In this document: piece by piece, positions 49,289-61,409 of the stretch | Layout: every line of letters begins with the position of its first letter | How positions within the stretch are numbered: position 1 is the stretch's first letter | Assembly: GCF_016433145.1 (NCBI RefSeq) | Contig: NC_058132.1 | Coordinates: 618,114,382-618,178,381, forward strand | Length of the DNA: 64,000 nucleotides | Source: Gracilinanus agilis | Taxonomy: Eukaryota | Direction: 5' to 3' | The notes under the pieces: generated by a model | The model's input: only the letters and a program-made list of their open reading frames with translations | The model's database searches: none | What the model was told of the DNA's origin: nothing | Position numbers and translations under genes: made by a program

Positions 49289-49412
49289 ACCAGTTAAAAG
49301 TAGCATCCCAGAGAAACTATTGGCCATCTTCCTGGCCGTACTCCCAGAGTACCACAAAACAAAGAAGGGTGAAGACAGCTATGGACTGGGCAAGAAGCCC
49401 GTCCCAAAGTGA
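49289..49412 (+). CDS. Candidate exon (PVKSSIPEKLLAIFLAVLPEYHKTKKGEDSYGLGKKPVPK*)
   Basis: ttttcgtttgttttctcaag acceptor; phase matches 47733-47813; local CpGs. Confidence 0.22.
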
Positions 49413-49954
49413 ATATTCCAATGCTGAAGGGTCTTGGAGGCAAAAGAGGGAGCTGGCGCTAATTCACAACTGTCTGTGGTTAATATTTCGTCTGTTTTCC
49501 ATGAAAAAGTGATTTTGATGGAAAAGATATCCCTCTCTATGAATGATATAATCTCTGCTTGGCTCTCTGAAACTTTGGGTCTAAGTGGCCTTATAAGCAA
49601 AATGAGAATTTTAAAGCTTGCTTAAAGTCCCAGATCTGATGCTTTTTGATTCTGTTAACTTCAGTTTCCTTATTTGTGTAAAAAAAAAAAGAACATCAAT
49701 AGTTGTACTCCATATTTTTCAGAAATAGATGCGGAAAATCTCCCTTAAAGTATAGATGCTATTTCTTCAACAAAGTCTTTCTTATTTCTAAAATTTCTTG
49801 TGTTCTCATATGTTTCAAATTTTTAGCCATTTATTTATCTTTATTTATTAATCCCATCCATTAGAAGTAAACTTCTTGAAGGCAAGAATTGTTTGTTTGT
49901 TTTATCCCTTTACTTAAAATAGTGCGTTACGCATAGTGGATGCTTAATAAGTGT

Positions 49955-50114
49955 GTGTGCCAAGAACCAAGAGCCAAGACCCTTGTAAGAGGTGTGACCT
50001 GGCTTTTATACCAGGTCTCCAACTGCCCTTAACTGACCCCTCCCTTGGAAATCTGGGGGGGTGCACTATGGAATTCTGTGATGCAGCTTTAACCCCTCTC
50101 AGGAGCATGGATGT

Positions 50115-50179
<65 letters not shown>

Positions 50180-50290
50180 AAGACCTTTTAGTATGCCTTA
50201 TCACATTATGGAGGTGACTCTGGGTCTTCAAAGACTATACCAGAAGGACACAAGCTCTCATGGGTTCCATGATACCAGAAGGGATTTGAA
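49955..50290 (-). mobile_element. Short LTR-like element containing (GA)30
   Basis: Minus-strand TATAAAAG at 50003-50010 followed by tcttgg repeats, as in the LTR at 21081; ends ...gcacaca next to an L2 tail. Confidence 0.4.
50118..50177. repeat. (TC)30 microsatellite
   Basis: Direct reading. Confidence 0.97.
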
Positions 50291-50689
50291 TATACTTCTG
50301 ATAGCCAATTATATCTGCTTTCTGAATGTTGGCATATTTGAATATGGGAGAGTTCATGACCAGTTGAATGTCTAGTTGGTGCTGAACTGTTTGACCATGA
50401 CAAGCTATGAATCAAGAAAAATTCAGCATGGCTCTCAGACCTATTCTCCCCCTTTTATAAGGTGGTAAGGAACGAAACAGAATATTAAGAATCACAGATA
50501 TTAATAACATCACCTAGATATGAGCATGCCTATAAACATGAATTTAGTTGTTTTTATTCAATGGAGAATCTTGTTCAGTGTCCAAAGAGGAGATATATGA
50601 CTAGAAGAATTGAATCTTGTCTATCTTGACATTGTCACTCTAAATGAAATGAGCAGACAATGGAAAATTGGAATTAAATGAAAAGATAA

Positions 50690-53275
50690 TTCACAGGCTC
50701 TCCTTGGAGAGACAAATAAAAGGGGTTGGAATTGATTTTTATTGTATGCCCAAGGCAATCAAAAATATAATTTCATGGGACACTTGGTCATTTTGTAATA
50801 CAACACTTAGGAAAAGTATTTGGAAACAAAAATCATGAGCATGTTTATAGCTTTGGTGACAAAATATGTTGCAGAAGATGAGGAGATAGAACACCTTTAC
50901 AAAAATGTCAATGACATCTTCCAATTTAAATCAACACATAGTTTAACGTTTGGTCATTTTGATGCAATTGATACAGAAGAAATCACTGAAATATTTTTAG
51001 AAAACATGATTCAGGAGTGAGAAATACAAGAAGCTAAAGCATATCTAAAGCCCATTTCCTTCGTGAAGAGAGTTTGGGGGCAATAGACATGGCAGGTATC
51101 TGATAATATCACAAAAAATGACAATTTTAATAGATTAGTTCATTTCTGTTGAGGGAATTATTTTTGGAACAATTGCCTTTGAATAGTCAAAGCATGAATT
51201 TATTAAATCAGATTTCATAAAAATACAACATTATAAATAAAAATTAAAATGACAAGATATGTTAGGAAAATGAGACAAATGCTCTGCTATATATTTAAAC
51301 TGCTTTTTGAGAGCAAAAAAGAAGAAGCTAAATCATATAAATTTTATGAAGTGAAAAATGTAGAGACCATTACTTCTACCATTTCCTTAAAAATAAAAAC
51401 AACAACATGTAAATCCCTCAGACAAGAACAAAAGAGTCTGGAAACGACCAAGCCAACCATTACTTGGTATCTTTACCTAAGACACATATGACAGTCAAGG
51501 AAGGAAGAAAATATGTATGTATTAAACACCTATGATTTGTCAGGCAGTATGCTAAGCATACCACCACTTCAGAATATGAGCTAAATTTATAAGATCTTTG
51601 TGGAGGAGAATGGTACAAAATTATGGGCAGTGTCTTCACAAAAATGTAAGAAATAGTGAAGGAAAAACGTAATTCATATAAAGTTTGGATATAGATACAA
51701 ATAAGCCTTGTCATCCTGAGAACATTTAGGAATAAATGTGAAAGGACAAATAAATGACTAAAATGGAAAATATATCAAGATTTCTAACTGGTTTTATCCG
51801 GCAAAAATGGTTTTTTACATATTTTGTCTCTTAATATCCCAGTCTTTTTATGCACTGAAGTAAAAGTGGAACTAAGGAAACACAAGTGAAACCAGCTGGA
51901 TGAGACCAAGTATACATAAAGACAGTTTGAGATTGAGGTTATGCAATTTTTAAGTAATTTAGAGGAATGGATTTTTAAGCTATCTGAGAAAAAGGAAGGA
52001 AAGAAAATTCTGGGAAAAATCAGAAACCTTATTACTAGTGATAAAAAAAAATGACTAAGAGAAAATGTCAATAACTACCAAACAGCATACTTACTTTTCC
52101 ATCTCCATAAAATCTTTATGGACAATCACTTTCTTTACTGAGGGCATTCTTGGTGGAGGTATTAGGAGGAAATAGACAGGATTTTAGAGATAACATCTTA
52201 AAGCAGATCACATCTTTATAATCACACAATTGTAGAAAAGATAAAGTCTACGGTGTTTATTTGAGCAATATAATTTTTTTTATTTCACAGAATAAAATGA
52301 TGCCTTCAAGTATTTCATCCAAAAAGTGTTTCCCATACACATGTCAAAATATTATAACATTCCTTGAAAAAAGTAACAACTGAGACAACAGAGATTCAGT
52401 GACCTTCTTAGTGATTTGGACAATGGTGATGCCGTTAGTAGAAAATTAGACATTTGGTATCATGTAAGATATAAAACAAGAAAATATGTGCACACCAAAG
52501 GTGTTACTTCTTATTATTAAATATATCTATCAGCAAAAAGAGAAATGGAATTCCATATAAATTATTATGTTTTCTAGATGCTCTTGTTTGGAAATGGTAT
52601 GGCATTGGTCTTATCTAACTCTGTAACAAGGATTAAATAAAATCCTTTTCCAAACAAAAGATTTTAACCTGTCTCCTCACACTGGAAAAACCAAGAGATG
52701 TGAAGTACATGGATTTTCTAGATTATGACACAAAATTGATTAGGCACTTCAAAAAACTGACCCATCAATACAAATACCTTGGACAGTTGTACATAGACAA
52801 TGAATTTGGCCTGTATTGTCTGTTTTGAATAATTCCAAACTCCTTTAAGGAACAAATTAACATCTTTTAAGCATCAATATTCTCCTAGTGATGCTGTTTT
52901 CTTGAAAATCATGAAATAGTCTAGTGTCTAAAGCCTTTAATCAAGAACCAATCAAAAGATAATGGAGAGGCTCAAGGAGTGTGTGAATAGATTGCAACCT
53001 ATTGTTAAAAAAGGACTGTACAAGAGAAGCAGTATAAAGTATATAATCAAAGATATACAACTAAAAAATATTATGTCACTAAGGGAATGAATGGATGGAG
53101 AATCCATGTCCTCCTCTGGTAACCACATAATAATTTTGAGAATTCAAAGGGAAGGTCCCTAACTTATCAGAAGGATTCCCCAGAAAGGACAAATGAGAGA
53201 GCATGAACAAGCATTGCCCAGCATTAGGTGGCATCAGTGCATGTGAAATTGGAGAGAATACCTAAACCGATCATA
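50690..53275 (+). mobile_element. Long decayed RTE LINE (endonuclease, RT and 3' end)
   Basis: ORF 50820..51020 (VAEDEEIEHLY...STHSLTFGHFD) matches the RTE APE domain (cf. VAEDEEVEKFY...LILGDFN); RT-like remnants at 52080-52810; 3' end ggagagaatacct...cgatc. Confidence 0.8.
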
Positions 53276-53934
53276 TAACAAAAATATAAAATATACAAAT
53301 GGAATATTTTATGATTATTATTCTCTTCCTTTTGGGAAGTTCTCTATTTTTTTCCATTTAGAAAGAACCTTTTATAATTTTATTGGATGGGGAGTGGGAT
53401 AAAAGTCTGCTTTACATAGACTTTTTCATAAACCTTATACATTGAAATAAATATATAATCTCAGAATTTTAAAGAGCTGAAACAGAATATTTTACACAAG
53501 TTGTTACCACAAAAAAGGAGGAGTCAGATTCTTATGTATCATTTCTGGAATCAGTCTCTGCTCTATAACCACATCTCTTACTCTGTCAACATGGGCACTT
53601 AATAAATGTTTGTTAGATTAGAATAGTATGTGCCACATTTCATAGTCTGATTGAAAACTCTTGTAGAAAAAGAGAAGCTGCAGTTGCTTCTCCACACACA
53701 AAGTGATATATAGAAATGAGTCAGTTACCTAGAGTGTTCAAGACAAAATAGTACTCTTAAGTAGCTAGATAATTAGGCCAAAGGAGTTGATGGAATTATC
53801 TCTGTAATTACTTTCTTTCTCTATTTTCCTAATAGTAGTTTGTAAAGAAACAGTCTGATATTCCTGAGATAGTGTTTTTCCTATCACCTCATGTAACTTT
53901 TCCTGGAGATGTAGACTTTTCCTTTCATGAGCAG

Positions 53935-54021
53935 CCCTTGGTTTGCGGAGAATATTTCTAAACACATATTCCCAAACTCTTATAACTTTTACCTCTTCCC
54001 TAAGCCTATGATTTTGCACAG
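53935..54021 (+). CDS. Candidate 87-nt exon (PWFAENISKHIFPNSYNFYLFPKPMILH)
   Basis: cttttcctttcatgagcag acceptor, CAG|gtaact donor, open phase 2-2. Confidence 0.17.
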
Positions 54022-54154
54022 GTAACTTCTCAAACAGCCAGATTTGAAATCATTGTCACTAGATAATTCAAACACCACTAACAGAATTCTGGTACCAAAA
54101 CTAGAAAGCACAAAGAGTCACTGTTTTGAATTAAACAAATAAAGGAAGAGAATA

Positions 54155-54405
54155 CACATTTATTAAGCATGTACTATGTGCCAGACATTGTTCTAAAGGC
54201 TTTACAAATATTTCATTTGATCCCTACAACAATTCTATGAGATAAATTGCTATTATAATCCCCATTCTAAAGTTAAAGAAACTGAGGACGATAGAGATTT
54301 AGTTATTTGTCCTGAGGCACACAGCTGAAGTGTCTAAGACTGGATTTGAACTTAAATCTCCCTGACTCCATGCCCAATATTTTATATCCACTGGGATACC
54401 TACCT
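54155..54405 (-). mobile_element. MIR, near full length
   Basis: acatttattaagcatgtactatgtgccagac...gaaactgagg...ggatttgaacttaaatctccctgactcc. Confidence 0.85.
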
Positions 54406-54814
54406 CTTGGGAAAAGAAGATAGACTGCAAGAAATGGAGAAATAGTGTAAGGAAATGTAAATGTCAGTCATTATGAAATAAATCCTTCTATACTTATTTA
54501 ATGAGGTTAAGTTTTCGGGGATATTCTTTTCAATTGGATTGAAATGAAGATTTTCAGGTGAAGACTTTTTTTAAGTAGAGTGAAGGAGCTTCATGCATGG
54601 AGGTCATTTAGCCCTTTCTGGGCAGCCAGAAGAGTAAGTAGTTCTTTTATCTCCTGTCTCACACTCGCCACTGCCAAGCCTGAGGCAACTGTCTCTATTT
54701 AAATTGAATCTTAGCAGTGCCAGACACATTTGGGATTAGCTAAAAGTTGCTACTTGGCCAATATTAGAAAGAGTAAACTACTATCTCCTTGGATTAACCA
54801 AATTTGCCTTGATA

Positions 54815-55460
54815 CCATGGATCTATGATCTCACTGATGAGGGCAATCCCTCTGATGGTGCAAAGTACAAACTATCCATGGCTGTCCAACCAGGTCCTCT
54901 TGTAAATCCTTCAGAGGTCCCTGAAGTGCTCCAGGTCCTTCTGCTAGAGGTGTGTGTGTGTGTGTGTGCGTGTGTGCACACCTGAGTATTTGTTATGGCT
55001 GCCTTTGACAGTCTGGTGAAGGTAACAGATTCCTTCTCAAAATAATGTTTTCAAATTCCTAAAAGAAAGGAAAACCAATTATAGTTGATAAGTATAGTTC
55101 TTGGGTGAGAGTTAAGAACCCATTCTATAGATAATTGATATTACTTAGAAATGAATGGTGCACATGAATTGTCCAAGAGTTAAGCATCATTCTTTTTACA
55201 TGATTGATGAATCATTCTTTCACATGTCTCATCTCTTTTCTGGTATCCACTTTTTGATGAATATTTGTGATATGTTGAGGCAAGCTCATGCCCACCATGT
55301 ATCATCTCCAAGACTCTTTGAGAGTTTCAATTTAATTCTTCAGAGATGGTTCTATTCCAAGTCTATGACTTATTCTGCATCACTGAAAAGTATTAATTTT
55401 CCTAAAATATTTGGAGACATTAAAGTGGTCGCTCCAAAGATCTAAGAAATTTGACTTAAT
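54815..55460 (-). mobile_element. RTE 3' fragment interrupted by (GT)n and a hAT MITE
   Basis: atggatctatgatctcactgatgagggcaatccctc is the antisense RTE end; ctcatgcccaccatgtatc...attcttcagagat continues it. Confidence 0.7.
54990..55125. mobile_element. Charlie4a-like hAT MITE
   Basis: cctttgacagtctggtgaag...cttctcaaaataatgtttt...gttaagaaccc. Confidence 0.6.
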
Positions 55461-55769
55461 TTTGATAACAAAGATCCAAAGTTCTATCACTCACACGGGT
55501 TCACAGTCATATAGTTATCTTTGATTTTTTTTCTCTCCTTCATACTACTCCATCTTTCCATATCCAATCAGTTACTCTGTCTTGTCGATTCTATCATGAT
55601 ATTATCACTTTTATCTGTTCCTTTCACTTTAGTCACATAGCTACCACCTTACTCGTATACCTGGAATAAGAAAACCAGAGTTCAACTAGAATAAGCCAAC
55701 TAGGACCATACAAAGAGAGATGTCAGGCCAGATTTGGCTCTTAGTTCATAGTTTGTGGATCAATATTAA

Positions 55770-56010
55770 CAACAAAAATAAACACATATAATGTACTAAA
55801 GATTAAAGCCTCTTTATGTATATTCTTTTATTTGATCCTTGCAATAACTACTCAAGGAAGGGGATGCTATAAGCTTTATTTCTCAGGTGAGGAAAATGAG
55901 GTTGAGAGAATTTTAAAACTTGCCCAGGGTCACAGAGCTAATAATCTTCTGAGTCACAATTTGAACACAGGTCACCCTGACTCTAAACCCTGAAACCTAC
56001 TCACTGACCC
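55770..56010 (-). mobile_element. MIR
   Basis: atttgatccttgcaataac...gaggaaaatgagg...ttgcccagggtcacagagcta. Confidence 0.78.
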
Positions 56011-56908
56011 TTTATACCTCTCAATCTTCAGCTATTGTTTTGATTTTGAAATGTTGCATTTCTTCATGCCAAAACTACTTGGCAATCATGAATCAGAAAA
56101 CTTTGGAAGGGGGATTGATTGAGACTCCTAGGGAACAATTCACCATGTAATTTTTTTTCCAAGCGCAATATTATTATAGCCTAAGGGATCCCAGGAAAGA
56201 AAGTTAAAACCACTTGCAAAGGTGCCTAATTTACAACTAAGTACTGTAAGAATTTGAGAGACAGGATTAGGGCATGTGAAAAAGCCATAATTGAACTTAA
56301 AAAAACATATAAACAGGCACAAATTGATCAGTTACCCAGTCTTCAGAGGACATTTCACACACAGGGTGATCCAAGCTGGCTGAAGTTAATTAGGGAAGGC
56401 TTCCTGGAGGTGACTTTTGATCAGGATTTTAAAGGAGTAGGAGGGAAGACAAGCATTTCAGGCAAAGGCATGCTAGCATTTCATTAGTCTTTGGTAATGT
56501 AAAACAGAAAGTGTTTAATTACTAATTCAGTTTCCTGAGGGTTTTCAGCAAATAAGAATTTAAGAAAGTAATTAGTATCTGCAAAAGTGAAAGTAATTTT
56601 AAAAAATAATGCACAGTTTGGCAGGCTTTAAATAGACCAAGCAATATTTATGGTGCTTGATGATAATAGAGCTAGCAAATGATTGATTAATTTCAGCTAA
56701 GAGAGTATTTAACTTTGGAAAACATTTTAAAAATTCCTTTTCAAATACCACAGCCTATAGGATACTATAGAATCTGGCAAACTAATTGCACAGGAAGTAG
56801 ATGTAATTAGCTCACATTTGGCTTAGTCTTTTAATTAAAAAAAATAAAATACAGATCTTTCACGGAGAGCTTTTTAGACCACAAGGCTCATTTAATTGTC
56901 TTTTACAG

Positions 56909-57010
56909 GGTTTTCTGGGAATCAAGGAGAAATAGCAACCCCTTTTCCTATAGACCCTCTTCCTCTTGTATATCCTATTATTGCAAAGTATTCCCTGAAG
57001 TGGCAGACAG
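56909..57010 (+). CDS. Candidate 102-nt exon (VFWESRRNSNPFSYRPSSSCISYYCKVFPEVAD)
   Basis: ttgtcttttacag acceptor, CAG|gtggga donor, open phase 2-2. Confidence 0.15.
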
Positions 57011-57672
57011 GTGGGAGGTGGTATAGACTGAGCACATAAAAGAGTGGTATGATTCATAGTTTGTAGTATAATATTTAATCTGTTGGTAGATATTTTATTT
57101 TCTTTACTAAACATGCTATGTACACTAATTTCAGCAAATACCAGATTTCCTCTCCCGTGGAAGAGTTGATGGGGGAAAGTCTATCTTGAAGAAAATAAAC
57201 CCATTCTAGTGCTTTATTACATGTATATTTTTAGATGAGCCAGGGGGATGCCAACCTACCATCCTATTACTCCAGATCCATGAGTCCAAGTTGTGGGAGG
57301 AGTGACTTGTAGATTCCTTCTAAATGTCAACTCAACTAGGAGTTCTGTATCACAAAGAGATAAGGTACCAAGATCATTCCAGGGCTAAAGACTTCCAAGG
57401 AGTTTGTTCTTGGCCCTAAGTTACCAGGGTTTGGACCCATGTGGATTTCCCATTACCTAAAATATTTCAAGTGTAAGAAGAGACACATTCAGACAGAGCA
57501 TACGGTTTCATGCAGGAGGATAAAGCCACAGTTAAGCAATTATAATCTTTTTATGCTTTTGTCCTATTGAGGAGAAGAAGAAACAGTCCCTTGAAGAAGT
57601 GGCTTAGAAAGGAAATGGCATTGACTTCTTGTGGATTGAACTTCATTTACATTTTGTAGCACAAATATTTTT

Positions 57673-57788
57673 TTTTATTTTTTAAACATTTATTATTATT
57701 CATTTTTAACCTGTTTACATGCTTCATACCCCTACTTTCCCCTTCACCCCCCCCCCGCTTTCCCCCCACCCATGGCCGACGCACATTT
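57673..57788 (-). mobile_element. Young L1_Mdo 3' tip
   Basis: T-tail followed by atgcttcatacccctactttccccttcaccc...catggccgacgcacattt; perfect 13-bp TSD cacaaatattttt at 57660-57672 and 57789-57801. Confidence 0.93.
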
Positions 57789-58659
57789 CACAAATATTTT
57801 TAGTGTAAAAAGAGAGCCTGGCCCGTGGGTAGCCTTTGTCATACCTTTTCTCTGTGTATATTCATTCTCTTTCAATGGTATACAAATTGCTTATATGAAG
57901 TAAAATAATTAAATATATAAAGCAATAAATTTTGCAACTATCTTTAGCTTTTAATATTCAGTATATCCAATAATTTCTGCCATAATTTATTATATGTGAT
58001 ACAGCATTGAATTCACATTTTCCATTCATCAAGGGAAAAACAGGGTAAACTTTCTATAGCTACAGATACCTATCCTAATGAGGTCAATTGCACTACAATT
58101 CTCAACAAGGTTCTGTGTGAAAATATTCAGTAATCTTAGTGAACTAGGGTTCTTGAGAAAGTAGGCATCTATAAGAAAGGAGGCATCCTTTCCTCCATAA
58201 GGCAGAATTAGGGAAAATATTGTCCCCCTTTCCTTTGGAGCAATAAGGGAAAATTAGACGAAGATTTATAATGATAATTGTTAAGGTTTAGTGAGTGATC
58301 TACCTAATTGTACATAGGTATTTGAATTATTTCAGTGTTCTAAAAGACAGATTAAACAATACTTAGTACAAATATAATGCTATAAAAGATGGTACAGAGA
58401 TAATGGGTGGGAAAGTTCTGATCACCTTCTCAGTTGGTCATAACACCTGAGGCTGAAGCTGTTCAGAAAATTTCAACTTCCTCCTAATGGGTTGGAAGGT
58501 ATTGTATGAACATGAAGCTTGCAAAACCTCAGCAGAAAATGACAAAAACACATTATTGTAATTTTGCAATATTTTCCTTCAGGCCTCAATTTGTTGACTA
58601 CATTTTCACTCTTCGAATTACTCACTTTTCCATACTTGGAGTTGATAAGTTCAGCTTTT

Positions 58660-58850
58660 CAGGGATTCTTAACTACTTTGCGTAGGTGCCATGGAACTCT
58701 GCCAGTCTAGAAAAGCTTATTCTCAGAATAATGTTTTTAAAAGCATAAAATGAAATAAATAGAAGTATAAAGCAGACCAGTTATATTGAAAAAGTTATCA
58801 AATTATCCATTAAAAAAGTTAACCCTATGGAAAGAATTCATGCTAGAAAG
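58660..58850. mobile_element. Charlie4a-like hAT MITE
   Basis: ggattcttaac...ccatgga...ctcagaataatgtttttaaaagcataaaatgaaata...ttatattgaaa. Confidence 0.6.
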
Positions 58851-59977
58851 AAAAATTCATTAAAAACTCTAATAGGTATTTTTTAGTATCTATTTCTTAC
58901 AATTAAAATCTTTTATTAACTTAACAATTATCAATAAATATAAATAGTTCAATAAACAAATGAAAAAAGGGGTGATTGATGGAGTCTTTAGATTAAGATT
59001 TTACACTCTTGACCTAAGATACCAGGATAATATTCCTCAAAAATTTATTGAAATAAAGATGTGTAGAATCTTTTTCTGATCATGTTTTTCACGTAGTCCA
59101 TTAATCCTTAAATCATCTCTCTTTAGCTAATTTTTAGATTAGCTGTTTTTCTGATGAGATATTAAGAATTTCTTCTTTTACTCCATTCTTTTGTCTTTGT
59201 TTTATTGTTTTTTTTTTTGATGTCTCATAAGAATCATTAACTTCCATTTGCTTAATTATAATTTTTAAGAAATTATTTTTTTCAGTGAACTTCTATTCCT
59301 CTTTTTCCATTTGGTTAATTATGCTTTTCTTCTGTGAATTTTTGTGTCTCTTTTACCATTAGGACAATTTTGGATGTTGAGGTTTTATTTTTTCAGTATT
59401 TTTGTGCTTTTTTTTTTACCAAACTGTTGATTCAACTTTCATAGTTTTCTTTCATTAATCTGATTTATTTTTAAAATTGTTTATCTACTACTCTTAATTC
59501 TTTCAGGCATTTTTGTTTGACTTGTATCTAAAGAGGAATTTTCTTTAAAGTTTTGCTTGTAGCTATTTTCACAATGTTATTGTTTTCTGGGTTTGTGTCT
59601 TGATCTTCCTTGCCACTATTATTGCTTTGTTATTTGCTCATTTTTCCAGTCTATTTTTTTACTCTGATTTTTATATTAAAGTGGGGTTTTGCCCATCTTG
59701 GCATGGGGAGGCCACTGCCCCAAGTTTGAGGCTTTTTCATGTCACTATTATCAGAGGTAATACTGGAAGTCTGCAAATTTTCAGTATATCCAAGGGATAT
59801 GATCTGAAAGAAGATTTGGCCACTTTTTTCCTTGTCTTCACTCAGGTGTTTAATGCTCCATTTTGCCCTAGAATTGTGACCAGAGTCCTTGTTCCCCTGC
59901 AGCTACAAGCTGCATCAAGCACTGCTCTCTGTCTTAGAACTTCAACCAGGGCCCTGTTCTCTTGTTACTGATCATAA

Positions 59978-60735
59978 AATCTTTTCTTCAATTGGAAGTT
60001 CAGATAGAGAGGAACCAACTTCAACCTGAGATATGCAGTCAATGGCTTCAGCATTGATTGATATTATTCCGTTGGGAAAACTATGGAAACATTCACCATC
60101 CCTCCAGGATCATGTCCTTATTACTGATCAATGTGGTTCCATTAGTACTGAGTAGTTGTGATGTTCTATAAGCCTTTGGTCCATAAATAGCCTTCAGGGC
60201 ATCATAAAAGTGCTTTGGTTTGCTACCAGCAGTGTAAAACTGAATTTCATCTACCTTCTTGAAGAGTCAAGAATCCTGCATTTCTCTAGGCTTACTTTCC
60301 ACTTCACTTTTGATGGAATTAAATGCTTCTTTCTCAAAGATGGATGAATTATCCTGCTGATAAACCCTCTGGAGTTCTCATTTTTCATTAAGTAGCTTCT
60401 GAATTTTCCCATTATTTTCATCAACCAACCTTATGTTTCTGATATTCTTTTCCAGATGAGTAAATGTGGTGCTTTACATCAAATCTTAAAACTGCTTACC
60501 GCCTTTTGGTTTCACTCTTCTTAACCATGTGTAGACTCAAACTTTTCCATCAAGTCAGAAAAAAAATTCTTCCACAGAGGAACTATTTAACCTGTTGACA
60601 TTAAGTCTTCTGGTAATTGTTACACCTTGGGGACTGCTACTTTTGTTGAATGCAACTGTTTAATTTGGGGAAGATAAGTGTATGATCAGTCCAGCACTCT
60701 GAGCCACAAGTTGTTGTTTTCACTATCACATTTCC
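59978..60735 (-). mobile_element. RTE, inverted 5' segment (endonuclease end to linker)
   Basis: Reverse complement of 60678-60708 encodes CGSECWTDHT (APE C-terminal DH motif), followed by linker sequence such as atgatgccctgaaggctatttatggacc (YDALKAIYGP). Confidence 0.85.
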
Positions 60736-60739
60736 TCTG

Positions 60740-61409
60740 TGACTTAGTCTTTTGAATGGCAAGATAAGATACCAAATACTGAAATGCTTTCTGGAGATAA
60801 ACTGCCAAGAATTTAATTTCTACTTAGAGAATGCAACTCATTGCCAGAGTAGGTTGACTGAATTGTTCAAATGCCCAAAACACATTTTCCTAAAAAACTT
60901 TTTTATGGAGAACTTGTACAAGAGAAACACCCACTTAGGTCACAAGAAGTGATACAAAGACCCTCTATAAGTCTCTCTAAAGAACTATGGTATCCAATGG
61001 AAAGTGTGTTGGCTATTGGGGGGGGGGGTGAAGGGGAAAGTAAAAACATGAATCATGTGACCATGGAAAATTTTTCTAAAAAATAAAATACATATAAAAA
61101 AGAGCTGTGGTATCTACTGGGAGACATGGAAGAAACTGGCATAGGATCATTCAACATGGAGTTCCTGGAAGGCTCTGTGTTCTGTGAACAAAGCAGAATT
61201 GTAGAAGCTCAAAGTAATGTGAGATTCACGAATTTAGAGAAATTTCTATCCTAAAATATGGGCTATTTGTGCCTGACCTGTGGCAAATCCTTCTAAGCTC
61301 AAATATTCGTCTGATCAGCCAAAGTCAGACACACCATACATTGACCCTCACATACTGATGCCATTTTTGTCTTTCATGAGTAATAAGAACTACAACCATG
61401 CAATACCAG
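60740..61409 (+). mobile_element. RTE 3' segment (ORF C-terminus and 3'UTR)
   Basis: WQDKIPNTEML at 60757-60789, MPK..PKKLFYGEL (ORF 60871), 3' end gatgccatttttgtc...caacc. Confidence 0.88.
61004..61098 (+). mobile_element. L1_Mdo 3' tip inserted in the RTE
   Basis: gtgtgttggctatt-G run-tgaaggggaaagtaaaaacatgaatcatgtgaccatgg and A tail. Confidence 0.88.
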
